Shown here: positions 45,977 through 58,565 of the stretch, one piece after another
Layout of the letters: every line of letters begins with the position of its first letter
How positions within the stretch are numbered: the stretch's first letter is position 1
Source: Felis catus
Taxonomy: Eukaryota
Assembly: GCF_018350175.1 (NCBI RefSeq)
Contig: NC_058368.1
Coordinates: forward strand, 31,064,001 to 31,128,000
Length of the DNA stretch: 64,000 bases
Reading direction: 5' to 3'
Position numbers and translations under genes: made by a program
Notes under the pieces: generated by a model
The model's database searches: none
What the model was told of the DNA's origin: nothing
What the model saw: the letters and a program-made list of their open reading frames with translations, nothing else

Positions 45977-48344
45977 TAAGTCCCATGATTTTTAAAATTT
46001 GAACTCATCCCCCCTATCTTAAATAAATTCTTTTAATTGGAATTTTCACCTGTCTTACAGGTGAAACCTCTTGCTATGTTTGGAGCCCCATTGCCTTATT
46101 TCTATCAAAGAAAGACATGAACTTCCTAATATAGACCTCTGTCTCAGTGGGTTCTTATGACAGGAACCTCTTCTCTCTTCCTGATAAAGGAGCAATATTT
46201 TCTCTATTGGTTTTGCTCTGTTCTGCCATATGTACGTGGCCTGGTACAGTATGTTCCTGGATCTCCTGTAGCTTCTTTGTGGAAGTTCATTTCCTTGATT
46301 TGCGGGTTATAGCGTATGTCATTTGGGTTGTAGCCTATAGCATTCTGTTACTCCTGGGTGACATGAAGGCAATAGTAAGTTTAATTAATTCACTTAATTA
46401 AGTCATTTAACTGAAATAAATGTTGCTATGACAAATTGTAAAAGGTGTCTAAACTAGTTGATTTTGAAAGTTATATCCAACCCAGGACATTTTGTTCCCT
46501 GGAGCCTCAGGTGGTCTTTGTTACAAGACTTTCCTCGTACCGTAATGGGTTTGGTGAAAAGAAATCATAGTTGACGTGCATGGCCCTTGCTGCAGGAGCT
46601 AGGCCTTGCAGGCTTCAACTCTCATATTAAAACAAAAATCTTACGAAGCAAACAATTAATAGTAATAAATTACCCACTGTTATCCAAACATATTAGACGT
46701 TAAAAAGTAGAATATTTTCAAATCAGTTTCATATTCATTACATTTATGAAGGAAAACAATAAATATTACATAATTTCTTTATCCTGTCAAATGACAACTG
46801 TTAGGGCCTTTGCCAACTCCACTGAATTGTTTTGTTCATTTCTGTTTTGAGACTAAGTATAAGAAGCCATGGGAAAATATATATTCAAATGATTATAGGA
46901 ACATAGGAAATTTCCTTCCTTAAAATTGACAAAATGATCATTACTTACTGATAATAAGAGAAGTTTATTTTCCCGGACAATTTTACACATAGTGTCCCTT
47001 CAGTGTTATAAACAGAATGCTTAAAGCCAGAAATATCCAAACGTATATTTTGGTCTGTTCCACAGTGAAAAATTTTGACTCTAACTCAAAAAGAAGAAAA
47101 CCTGTGATTTTTTGTGAGAAGTAGTTTTAGGTTTTATTTTAAGGTAGATGTCCAAATCTGTAATTGAAATGAGAAATTATATTTGCTTATTTTCAAGTAT
47201 TTATACAGCCTTTGAGGCTCAAAGACGATGTCCCAGCTTGTAGAAAAATGTAATTACTTTGCTGATTCTACTTTTCATCTCCTGGTTTTCTTCCTCTCCT
47301 TCTCACAGCTTTGTCCATGTTATCTGTTCAGAAAAATAAGCCTGAGCGCTTACATACACAAAGAAAAGATCAAATGTCACCTCCAGAGCTCTCATTAAAG
47401 GCGGACTCAAACTAAATATTCTAACACAAGGTAAATGAACAATGAGCTAACACATGGTAACAAATATGTAATGAGCTATAAAAAAAATAGATCAATAATT
47501 GCACTCGAGATCTGTGGAAATTATAGTGTCCCTGATCCAACCAAGAGACTATTTTGCTGCAGTATTTTGTGCGCAGAGTTCTCCTGTGGGACCGGGCTGC
47601 AGAGGACATTTTAGTGGGAGGAAGAGAGCAATAGGAAGAGGAGAATGATTCATGTTCAGCATCTCAAGTGGAGGATCGAGTGCAAGCATTGAATAATGAA
47701 ACAAAGACAAGATATTCAGCATGCCAGGAAGGTTACTGTTAGAGAGCTGTTAGAATTATTTAAAAAGGTTAGTCTATGAATAAACATGCTTCATCAAGGT
47801 CTCTTACACATGCAAAGAGAGATGCTAATGAATAATAAAAGAGTAATGGGGACTGGCGAAGAAATTAATGTTAATCTTATCCAAAGCAGATACAAATTAA
47901 TATTGGAGCAACATTTTTGTAATCACTTCTCAAGGCAAAAATTCAATTAATGTGACTATATCAATATTTCAAATCTTAGTCCCTTGAAAGTATACTTGTC
48001 TCTCTTCATATAAGCGTGCTCGCCTCTGTGAACAGCTGTAGCTCATCTTGTCAATACTTGGGGAGATTTCTAAATGGTGTAGCTGGAAGAAATAGGGACC
48101 AGTTCTATAAACCACAGAGCTATGATGCAGAATTGCTTTGGGGCACGTTTCAGTTAGGAAGTTCAGTTTAGAGAAGAGCAATTACTCTATAGAAAATAGA
48201 TACGTAAGCTCAGAACGGTGTGCCTTGCTGCATGACTTTATTTACTATTTTATATATACACACATACACACACGCACGCACACGTGAGAGAACTGCCTGT
48301 AATTTCTAGAGAACACATATTTTCAGGTACATGTTGATAGTCAC

Positions 48345-48490
48345 AGAATATATATTATATATATGTTATAAATATATATATATATATATAACATGTATAA
48401 TATAGAACATAAAATATATATGCATAATGTATAACATGTATACTATATATTATATAGTATATAAATTTACATATGTTACCTGTATAACAT
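48345..48490. repeat. (TA)n-rich low-complexity tract
   Basis: Read directly from the sequence. Confidence 0.9.
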
Positions 48491-50060
48491 TTGTATCTTA
48501 AGTAACATCATATCAAATGGACGAGCACAGGAAAACATATCATAATAACTCCAAAAGGAGACTCTAGTTCTACCAGCGAGAAAACAATTCTGTAAACCAA
48601 AGTTGAAGTAGATTTCTTGAGTCTGAGCTAAATTTTATCCTTTGTCGTGGCCTGCTTTGAGGACAGAAAGAAATGAATATTTTCCTAGGAATTGTTAATG
48701 TATCTGAATTCTTTCCACCAGAGGCTTATTTTATCTCATATCTTTTTCTTTTGTTGATAGTCACTCCATAGGCTTTGTATAGTGAGTTATTCCTCTTGTT
48801 TGGCATACAATAGAAATGCCTGTCATAGTTTGTTTAAGGTGTCAGAGACTTAGAAAAAGTTTATGAAACTAAATGGACTCCTTGAATAAGTGTTTTGCAG
48901 CTGGGCAGAATGTGTTGTTTATGTTGTAATGCCCTGACAGGTTTATATAATAAGAGGTGCTAACGCCACCGTGCTATGATAGATTGGACTTGTTTGAAGC
49001 GTGGTGCTGTAGACAAATAGGCTTACATGCTGTTGTTCACAAAACCAAATGACGATCCAAAGCAAGTCACCCTATTAAAATAACTGTCTGGACAATCTCA
49101 CTTCTGTACTTTTAATAGACAGTGTATCATTCCCATAATGAAAGAAACACGAAATGGTTTCCATACTGAATGAGCTCCCTAGAGGTGCTGGGATTTGTCT
49201 CATTATATGAAGCTTTTCCATCACCACTGCGATACCTCCCTTCTCATCTTTGCTTCTCATCCGAGTGGAGAATTTCCTGTCAACAGCTTTAGCCTGGCTA
49301 AACCTGCATAACACAGAAGAGGGAAGTGCTGGAGATAAGATGACTTTTTTTTTTCCAGTTATGTCGAAAATTAGACCCAGTATTCCTGCCTGAGAAGGAT
49401 TACTCAATGATGGGGATAGCATTCTGCACTCTCATTAAAAAAGGCAGTCTACAATTTTATTTTATTTTATTTTTTAAAGAAGTTGGATATGGCAGGAGAG
49501 GCTATCTGAGATTTCATGCTGTTAAATTCACCAGGGGGAGAAAATCACCACTTGTGTATTCTCCTCAGATGCCTTTGGTAACTCACAGTCCAATACTGTA
49601 CTGATAGCTTCCCATGGCCAGCAGTCCTACCTCCTGCCTCAGTAATTTTGACTAGAGGAAGAAGGTTAATATGATGGAATAAAATGAACTTTGTCAAAGA
49701 ATATTAAAGCTCAGTTACTAACTGACAAGCCCAAGACTTTTTTTGAGAAAATATGTTGCTGTGCTCTGTGATTCTCCTTGAGTTTCTGCTGCTTCTCTTT
49801 GCTTTAGTTCATACACTGTCCTTTGGGCAGCCATTATCTCACAGCGGAGTGATTTCTTCTTGTCCTGCCATGTTCCTTTGTGTCATCGTCACCACCAATC
49901 CTTGGGTACTTGAAATATATCAATCAATATCATTTTACCGTCACAAAGCCCTTCTGTGTATGTTTATGATCATTAAACATTTTACAAAATTTTACATTTT
50001 ACCAAAAAAAAATGGGACTTTGAGAGGATAATTAACTTCTTTAAGATCACACAGTTAATA

Positions 50061-50268
50061 GGGGTGCTTGAATGGCTTATTGGTTAAGCATCCGACTCTG
50101 GGTTTCTGCTCGGGTCGTGATCTCCGGGTTCGTCAATGCAAACCCTGCATCCGACTCTGTGCTGACAGCATGGAGCCTGCTTAGAATTCTCTCTCTGCCC
50201 CTCCCCTGCTCACTCTTTCTGTATCTCTCTCAAAATAAATAAATGAACTTTGAAAATTAAAAGAAAAA
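50061..50268 (+). mobile_element. Can-SINE inserted into a minus-strand MIR (about 49940-50350)
   Basis: TSD aagatcacacagttaata; the MIR continues aaatggaagaagttaagatccaaaccc. Confidence 0.9.
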
Positions 50269-50880
50269 AGATCACACAGTTAATAAATGGAAGAAGTTAA
50301 GATCCAAACCCATATCTGAATCCAAAGGCAAGGCTTTTAACCACTCGACAGTGATGTCCTAATACGGTTGCTTTTACAGGCATAATTCTTCTATAAATTT
50401 TTCTATCATGTTCTATGCTTAAATTACCAGATTTTGGGTAAATTGCCCTGTGGGACAGAGATACGCCTTAATAAGCCTCCTCCAGGATATCAGGCCCAAA
50501 GAACAATGTGCCTTGGTTTAACATGCAGTAAGAAGAACAAATTAGGATTCATGGATTTATTCATTGACAAGTAATCAAGTGGTTTAATTTTATTTGATAC
50601 TGATTTCCAAATGGTTATTCTGGACTTATCTTGAAAGGCATGCATAGCAATGAAGTGAAACCATTTTTTCCTTTGTTCACTTTATTAATTTCTCACATAC
50701 CAATTTAACTTTCCAGTTTGCAAAAAGAGTTTGCAAAAAGAATTTAAAATTTAACTGCTGACGGAAAAGGTAAAAGAAAATGTGTATTCCTATTTTTGCT
50801 TTTAATAGAGGAATTGGACTAATCAGACAGATGTAAGATAAATGAAGCAGAATTAAAATGATTACGAACTTAATTCCTAA

Positions 50881-51265
50881 AAAGAATGAAATCTTGCCAT
50901 TTGCAATGACATGGATAGAGCTAGAGAATATCATGCTATGTGAAATAAGTCAGAGAAAGACAAATACCATATGATTTCACTCATATGTGGAATTTAAGAA
51001 TAAAAACAAATGAGCAAAAGAGAAAAAAGAGAGAGAGAGAGAGAGAGAGGGAAAGACACAAGCGAAGAACAGACTCTTAACTATAGAGAACAAACTGATG
51101 GTTATCTGAGGGGAGGTGGGTAGGAGATGGGTGAAATACATGATGGGGATTAAGGAGGACACTTGTGATGAGCACAGGGTAATGTGTGGAAATGCTGAAT
51201 CACTATATTGCACACCCGAAAATAATATGTCACTGTATGTTAACTATACTGTAATTTTTAAAAAA
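50881..51265 (+). mobile_element. Carnivore L1 3' end (about 0.39 kb)
   Basis: aagaatgaaatcttgccatttgcaatgacatggatagagctagag...; TSD gaacttaa(t/c)tcctaa at 50866-50880 and 51266-51280. Confidence 0.93.
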
Positions 51266-51869
51266 GAACTTAACTCCTAATAAAGACAGGAATTACTGAG
51301 AAATTATCAGCGGCTAATGAAATCTGTAGCAAGCACTGGTCATAGATAAAGTGTGGAAGAAGATATTTCCATGGCTTACAGATACATGTCATCACCTAAA
51401 TATAGCACCCTCTTCAGTGAACTCTGAATGATTCCATGTTACATTCTATAGAATATGTTCTAGATCCATCCTATGGATCAATAAAATAAGTATCTTTAAG
51501 ATCAACATAGAAAATTAAACCTACAGAGCCTACTAGTAGAAGCCAGCAGATAGACTATTCTGTTATTTTCATGGATATTGTTTCGGTTGGTTGTTTTTCA
51601 GCATCTACCTTCTTTGGGGGAATTCTCTCTTCTTGCTTTCACGTAGTGACAGTTGGACTGTAATTCAAGGCCAATATCTTGGCAGTTCCTTTAACAAGTC
51701 TTTCCTCTTACAACTCCAGTATTGCAAAGGATTGTATAATCAGAACCTCTCTCATGGGACACTGAATCTTGAATGAACAATGAAAAGATGGAAAAAGGGA
51801 TTAGGTTTTATTCTAATCTTGGTACCCCGGTGACTGTGGTTCCTGCTCTAATAATTTCTGGAACCTCCA

Positions 51870-52230
51870 GTGTTGTCAAAATCAACCTCTATGCTTTGGA
51901 GCCAAAAAATAACATAAAGACAGAGCTGGGAATAAAGAGTCACAATAGCTTTATTGCCGGGCAAAGGACGCAGAAGGATGCAACAGGCTACAGCCTTCAA
52001 AACTGCAAGCCCTCCAGGAGGAAGGGGGTGGGGGGTTATATAGGGAAATACAGGATCTAGCCGGTTTGGACAAGGATTGTGTACCTGCTGCCAGCCTCCT
52101 TCCTCACATTTTTAGGGTGTTGCAGGTTCCTGAGACAATAAGGCTAAGAAGGGTGGAGGAGAGGTTTGCAGGAGAGAGGAAAGTTTACTTCAAATTGAGC
52201 TTTACTGAAGCATTAGTACAGCCATTTTGA
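51870..52230 (-). mobile_element. ERV1-class solo LTR (family unassigned)
   Basis: tgttgtcaaaatc terminus, gctttattg (AATAAA on minus), ttatata (TATA on minus), GC-richer block. Confidence 0.55.
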
Positions 52231-52519
52231 TTTTTGTTCAACTTTATGCTTTTAAGCGGTTTCACCAGGACTCTCTCAGACTCCGTTGGTTAATTTTACC
52301 TGTGCATTAGTAAGATCCCTGGTATTTTTCCAATTACCTCTTTGTTTAAATAGGGTCACTTTCTATTGCTTACAGCTAAAGTTCGAGAAGCCAAAAAATA
52401 TCCACATTTTGTTGGTGAACAGAATTTATGCTTTATTAAAGACAATTCCATGCCCAAATCATCATATATCATTAAGAGGAAGCCAGTTTGATGATCATAG
52501 TCCTTAAAGCTAATTTACT

Positions 52520-53200
52520 ATTCCTATCTAATCAAGTCTGAAGGTCCATCCCTCCAAAATCTATCTCATACTTAGCTGTTTGTCTCTATCATAACTACCA
52601 AACCTTCATCCAGCACACCATTTTCTCTCCTTGGTTAGCAGGGGCAATATCTTTTTATTTGCTCTTCAATTTCTGCTCTATCCCAAGCTAATATCCGCTC
52701 AGCACCCACAAAAATACTTTTAAAATATAAATTTTATCCTTTCACTACCCTGTTAAACATCTTTGATAGATGCCAGTCGTACTTCAGGTGAAACCCACAC
52801 TACCACGTTTCGCAAGGCCCCGGCTAATCTAGCCCATGGTGCACTTTTAAACCTCATCTCGTACCATTCTTTTTTACAAGCCACATCTGCTTATTTCAGT
52901 TTCTGGAAAATTCCAAAAATGGTACCCACCTCAAGGTTTCAGCCCTCAGCTTAAATGCTACCTCCTCAGAAAATTCTTCCCTAACTAGTCTGTTTTCACT
53001 TACTTGCCCTTGTTTGTTTACTCCATTACTTTATCATATTTTATTAAATATGCACTATTTGTTTTACACTTGCTTATATTTTGTGTATTCACAGGAATGT
53101 AAGACCCATGAGGGCATATTGATTCACAAATACATCCCGTGTGGGCAGCATAATGCCAGTCCATAATGTCCTCTCAATAAATATTTTGTGAATAAATGAT
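52520..53200 (+). mobile_element. L2 3' portion
   Basis: cttaaatgctacctcctcagaaaattcttccctaact...gaatgtaagacccatgagggca...ctcaataaatattttgtgaataaatga. Confidence 0.75.
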
Positions 53201-54439
53201 GCATGTTTTCTATGTAGATCAGAATTGAGTTTCTTTTCTTATAACATAGCATTTTTTCCTCTTGTCCTTAAAATGAAAGTCCTTTTTTTTTAATTCTACA
53301 TTTCATGTTTTTGTTCTTAAAAATTTTATACAAACCTTTAATGTAAGCTTGTCTTTTATAGATTATAAAATGAAGTGTATTTTGAAGTGTTAATGCCTAT
53401 TTCCTTTGTTTTGTATAACAGTAATGAGATTAAAATGAAGACAGTATAAGCAGGAAATCTACTAAAATTTCACCAGAGAGAAAGCTTATAAAATACCTAT
53501 TGTGTCAAGGGAAACCTAGCAAGTCTTTCCTTTACCTGTAAAGCTTTATAGGTTCTTGTTGTGAGCAAGATTCCAAGATCTCAGACAGACAATGAAATGC
53601 TACATTTGAACTATGTGCTGTGTCAGACAAATCTCCATGTTGCTCCTTAGAATAATACACCCAAAGAAATCCTCATTATCGACTTAGAAGGAAAGAGAGC
53701 ACGAGGCTTTTGAGAGGAATAACTCAAATTCTTCTACTTTGGAGCCATTAATAACAAAAATAGTACATTAAAAGTACTACATAAAGAGTGTCGTGCCCTT
53801 CTCTTTCCATCCCAGCAATACACATACACACAAATGAAGAATGAATAGAAATTAACAGGAAATGTGCACAGAACTGCACTAATAAGAAAATAATGCTCTA
53901 AGAAAACTTAAAAATTGTGAAATAATCCTGTGCAAATAAAATATGCACTCTGATTTCCATTTTAAATATAATTTTCATATTTAAATTATAACAACATTAA
54001 ATATTACACACTATACCATTTGTTTAACCTAGTTTAGGCAAGGAGATTAACAAAGAGAAAGTCTCTGAGTCTTGGATTTCTCTTTGTTAGAAAACTATGG
54101 TGAAGATATTGTTTCTATGAGGCAAGCATATAAAATTATATTATTGGAAAGGGAAGAAGAGAACACTGACAAACTGTGTTTTTGTCTTTGCTTATTTACT
54201 GTTCTGATCACAGCATTTGATCTATAATATCGGTACTTTAGATTAAAATACTCTGTTTGTAAAGATGCTACCCATGATTTGTTTTTCACAGATATTCTAA
54301 TTCCAATTTAACAAGCATTATTAAATAAACACCTTCTATCTGAAAAGTATCAGGCAGAGGTGTTTTTTCAAAGGCCTTCTGAAGTAGATCTCAGTTTATC
54401 AAGCTAAATATGACCTATGCAAATTAGGGGAGAAGCTTA

Positions 54440-54830
54440 GGCTTCTCAAAGATTGATGAGGGTCATCATTTGGAGGTCATGGTAAAATGCAGATTCTGGT
54501 TCAGTAGATATGGTACTGAACCTAGAATCTGCACTTCTTTTTTTTTTTTTTTTTTAAGTTTATTTAAGATGGAGGGAGACAGAGAGAAAGAGAGAGAGAA
54601 GGAAAGGGAGAAAGAGAGAGAATCTCAAGCAGGCTCCACACTGTCAGCACAGAGCCCCATGCAGGGCTCAGACTCGCAAACTGTGAGACCATGACCCTAG
54701 CCAAAATCAAGAGTTGGATGTTCAACCAACTGAGCCACCCAGGCGCCCTTCAAATCTCCATTTCTAACAAGCAGCAAGGTAATGCTGATGTTGCTGTTAT
54801 ATGGACCAACCTTTAAGGAGCAAAGATACA
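54440..54830. mobile_element. MER5A-like element split by a SINE
   Basis: taaaatgcagattctggttcagtag...agaatctgcacttct before the SINE; atttctaacaagc...ggtaatgctgatgttgctg after it. Confidence 0.7.
54538..54748 (-). mobile_element. Can-SINE
   Basis: gagaatctcaagcaggctccacactgtcagcacagagccc...ccaactgagccacccaggcgccc. Confidence 0.93.
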
Positions 54831-55113
54831 GAGGAGAGTGAGTTTGAAGTGGATCTCACAAGAGGGAGCTTTCCCTTGATCAGAAAATTGCACTTACAAT
54901 AAACATCTGTTTCATATTGAGTGTAGATATTCTAGAAACATAGAAACTGTGTCTGTAATGGAATATGGGTGGGAAATTGTCCATTTTGGATGGAAATTGA
55001 TTGCTACTATGACATTTTTTGGAGTGAGGGGGTATCGATCACTTGCTATGTGCCAGGTAATGTGAAACGTTTTACTAAATATATTTGGTGCACCTCAAGA
55101 TTTACTGATGGTT

Positions 55114-55305
55114 GAGGTCCCTGGGTGACTCTGTCAGTTAAAACATCTGACTTTGGCTCAGATCTTGATCTTGCAGTTCATGAGTTCGAGCCCCGCCTAT
55201 GCTGACAGCTCAGAGCCTGGAGCCTACTTGAGATTCTGTGTCTCCTTCTCTCTGACCCCCACCCCTCTCTCTCTCTTTCAAAAATAAATAAACATTAAAA
55301 AAAGT
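55114..55305 (+). mobile_element. Can-SINE
   Basis: cctgggtgactctgtcagttaaa...gctcagagcctggagcctac...aaaaataaataaacattaaaaaa. Confidence 0.9.
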
Positions 55306-55559
55306 AAAAGTAGTCCTTGTGTAATTTTGGTCTGGGTCTTGGGGCTGGCTCACACATACTTACTTCTCACTTGTGTGCTGTCATTTAATCCTAGCAACCA
55401 CCATAGAAACAAGATTTCAAGCAACATGTTAAGCATGGAAAGGAACTAAACCTCAAGGTTTATTTAATTAAATAACATTCACAAAGTGAGATACATAGTA
55501 AATGATGACGTCAGAAATGTTTACCCACTTGGATATGGACAATACTATTGGCCTTTGTG

Positions 55560-55780
55560 AAATAATAACAAGTATTTCTTAACTATTTACTGTATGTTGG
55601 TCAATGTTCTAAACACTTGACGTGGAGCATTTCTTCTCACAACAAACCAAGAAGGGAAGAGTTTTAGAGGTGAAGCCCTAATGGCATAGAGACTCATTGC
55701 AAGGTCACATAGCAAGTAAGTGGAAGAACTAGGACTCAAACTCAGGCATTGTAGGTCTAATGCCACACTCTGAACTACAA
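55560..55780 (-). mobile_element. MIR
   Basis: caaggtcacatagcaagtaagtggaagaactaggactcaaactcaggc. Confidence 0.65.
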
Positions 55781-56227
55781 TCTGTCCGGTTTTTCTGTGA
55801 CAGATGTATTAGAGTAGTCTGAAACTAGAGATTAGAGATTAGGGTAATATATTATTACTGAAATATAACCTTACCAAAAGTGCTGGCTAAAGTCAACCAT
55901 GTATAGTACGGTATGAATTAGCTGGTTACGGGAGCTTTACCACTGTGAAAGTCTCTGTCAGGATGTGGAGAAGGAGTCAACATGGGCAATGCCAGTCCAC
56001 TGAACTGAGTGTACAGAATCCTGGGAACCAAAGAGGGAAAAATACTGGAGTGAGATCGGGTTGAGAAATCATGGGGAAGGATATGACTTGCCAAAGCTGA
56101 AGAAAGAATCTCAAATGGAGAATGTCTCTGAGAGTAATGGATGGTTTTGAGAGCATGAATCTAGGATGGTGGTGTACATCCAGGCTAATCTCTTTCAATG
56201 AGAGATTTAGTTGAAAGTTTTAGTTCT

Positions 56228-56446
56228 GGGGTGCCTGGGTGGCTCAGTTAGTTGAACGTCCAACTTCAGCTCAGGTCATGACCTCGTGGTTCGTGAGTTC
56301 GAGCCCCACGTTGGGCTCTGTGCTGACAGCTCAGAGCCTGGAGCCCGCTTCAGAATCTGTGTCTCTTCCTCTCTCTTCCCCTCCTACTCATGCTCTGTCT
56401 CTCTCTGTCTCAAAAATAAATAAAAATATTTAAAAATAAATAAATA

Positions 56447-56493
<47 letters not shown>
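56228..56493 (+). mobile_element. Can-SINE with expanded (TAAA)n tail
   Basis: Full element; TSD aaagtt(t/c)tagtt; TAAA array about 56433-56493. Confidence 0.95.
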
Positions 56494-56553
56494 AGTTCTA
56501 GTTGTCACCACCCAGAATTTCCTTCTTTGTGTTTTTAAAATGAAAATATTGTT

Positions 56554-56796
56554 GTGGCACCTGGGTGGCTCAGTCAGTTAAGCATCTGTCTTTGGCTCAG
56601 ATCGTGATCTCACAGTTCATGGGTTCAAGCCCCATGTTGGGCTCTGTGCTGACATCTCAGAGCCTGGAGCCTACTTCAGATTCTGTGTCTCCCTCTCTCT
56701 GCCCCTCCCCTTTCTCTTCCCCCCCCCCCCCCCACTGCTCTTGCTCTGTCTCTCTCTCTCAAAAATAAATAAACATTAAAAAAATAAAATAAAAAA
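56554..56796 (+). mobile_element. Can-SINE
   Basis: ggcacctgggtggctcagtcagttaagcatctg...; poly(C) in the CT tract. Confidence 0.93.
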
Positions 56797-56945
56797 TGTA
56801 TATATTTAAGGTGTCTCACATGATTATTTGATATACATAGCACAAAAATAATTTTCACAATCAGGAAATTCATCATAGTTACCATATTTTGTGTGTGTGG
56901 TGAGAGCACCCGAAATCTCTCTTTGCAAATTTCCAGTATTCAATG
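56797..56945 (-). mobile_element. L1MA-like 3' terminal fragment
   Basis: tgtatatatttaaggtg...catagttaccat...gtggtgagagcac...gcaaatttccagtattcaat. Confidence 0.75.
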
Positions 56946-57234
56946 GATTCAAGACTAAAGTCTGGTTTCAAAATTTGCCACACCATGAAATAAACTGAAT
57001 GAGAGGAAGTCAAAGTGTGAACTAACTTGTAATTTATGTGGAAGAAGAGCAGTGTATAAATGTGAAAGGCAGGATATAGAGCAGTGGAAAATTCTGTGTG
57101 ATTCCTTATATGCAGGAGATGAAACAGAGAAATGAATTGAAGTTGGGGGCGCACTTTTGATGCATCACTTCCAGTATCTGCCATTTGTTATTCTATCTGG
57201 TTTGGTAGTATGGCTGACCCTTCCACTAACTACT

Positions 57235-57811
57235 TGTGCCAGTCAGGAAAGTATCTCAGCTTTATCCCACTCGTTAATAACCTGTGATGCTGGGACCAGA
57301 ACTACAAACCACATTTCTGGGTTTTTTTCGGTCAGCTCCCTGTTACGCTCTGCTGATAGGAAGGCCCTAGAGGTAGAATAGAATATTGGAAAGAGAACAA
57401 GAAACTTGTTGCGTCTTCCTTCTGTCAGCATTATTCTGGAAATGTGTCTTCACTTTGGCAATGGAAATTCATACCAGTTTAGTAGTAGTTGAATTCAGTT
57501 TGAACTTGGTCCAAGATTTGCAAAACCAGCATCCTTTCATCCCCTTAGAGATACCAGCACAAACCAATTATTTTGGCTCATAGCTCCATGGGGACCTCTT
57601 CTGAGGTTAGAGACAGCAGCACAGACCTAGCAGCATCCTCTATTTAGCAGCCTGAGTTTCAGCTTTGCACAATCCTTCGTGGAAGCTCCTAAATTTCAAT
57701 AGTTCTAGCTTCATCTCTGCCCCAGGATTGAAAGCTGCCCTCTGTAACTGCCACCTCTGTGATAGCTTGCTCTCTTTTTCACTCCAGTTCTTCAGTACTT
57801 AATTAGCAATC

Positions 57812-57860
<49 letters not shown>

Positions 57861-57905
57861 AAAAAATTACATGGTTTCTGTATCCTAAGTAGACTCAGAC
57901 TGGTG
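57235..57905 (+). mobile_element. ERVL-class LTR (LTR41/LTR33-like) containing (CA)n at 57815-57855
   Basis: ctgtgatgctgggaccagaactacaaaccacatttct...ggtttctgtatcctaagtagactcagactgg. Confidence 0.55.
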
Positions 57906-58324
57906 ACCTTGAAAAGTCCCTGAGACTTAATTTTCTTGTTACTAAAAAAGATTTTTACTGGACAAAAACCAAGTTACTTTTAGCTGTTTGTTCTATGGCT
58001 ACCTGTATGAACTTGATATTTCCATTCTTAAAATATATGCTCACTGCCAAATTGGGTGAAAGAAAAGACCTGAAAGTCTTACTTGATTTTTCTCTTACTA
58101 TTGTGTTTACAAGGATTATCAGACTAGCTAATAGTCCCTTCGAAAACACTAAATGTCTCAGCCCATGAGGATAATATAAAGTCACAATAAATTTCAATAA
58201 AATTAAGAGGAACAAACACTAGATGCAGGCAGTGTTGGTGCAGGGATGCTAACTGGGGAAGGAAAGCACAAGTCAGGACCTGAGCCATCATAACCAGAGA
58301 ATAAGAAAGTAATTGTTACTATTA

Positions 58325-58565
58325 TTGTTATTATTTGTTGAATACATTGATGCCTGGCACATGTTAATCCTTTTACACATGTTTAATCCATACAACAACC
58401 CCATGTAGTTGTGGTGGTGTTTTTTATTACCCCTTATTGTCAAAGAGGAAGCCGAGGTTCAAGGAGGTTACATAGCTTGCCTATCATCCATAATCAGTGA
58501 GGAGTAGGGCTGGATTCCAATGCTAATCCAACTCATTCCAAAGCCCATTCTCTTAATCATTATAT
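58325..58565 (-). mobile_element. MIR
   Basis: tttaatccatacaacaaccccatg...gaggaagccgaggttcaaggaggtta...ctcattccaaagcccattctcttaatca. Confidence 0.8.

Noticed and set aside
46040..46380. Plus-strand cttacag|gtgaaa site and gtaagt donor at about 46375
   Set aside because: Weak donor context and no coherent reading frame; expected by chance
47990..48100. Minus-strand exon candidate after ccctatttcttccag
   Set aside because: Good acceptor but only a weak donor (CAA|gtatac); peptide unrecognised
55506..55513. Perfect CRE palindrome TGACGTCA
   Set aside because: Isolated 8-mer at the edge of MIR-derived sequence with no supporting motifs
3136..56768. Recurrent ORFs of the type AQSVKRPTSAQVMISRSVSSSPASGSVLTAQSLEP
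   Set aside because: Translations of Can-SINE copies, not a gene family
650..56945. Using L1/SINE orientation bias to infer host-gene strand
   Set aside because: Orientations are mixed (11 plus and 7 minus SINEs; L1s on both strands), so they are uninformative
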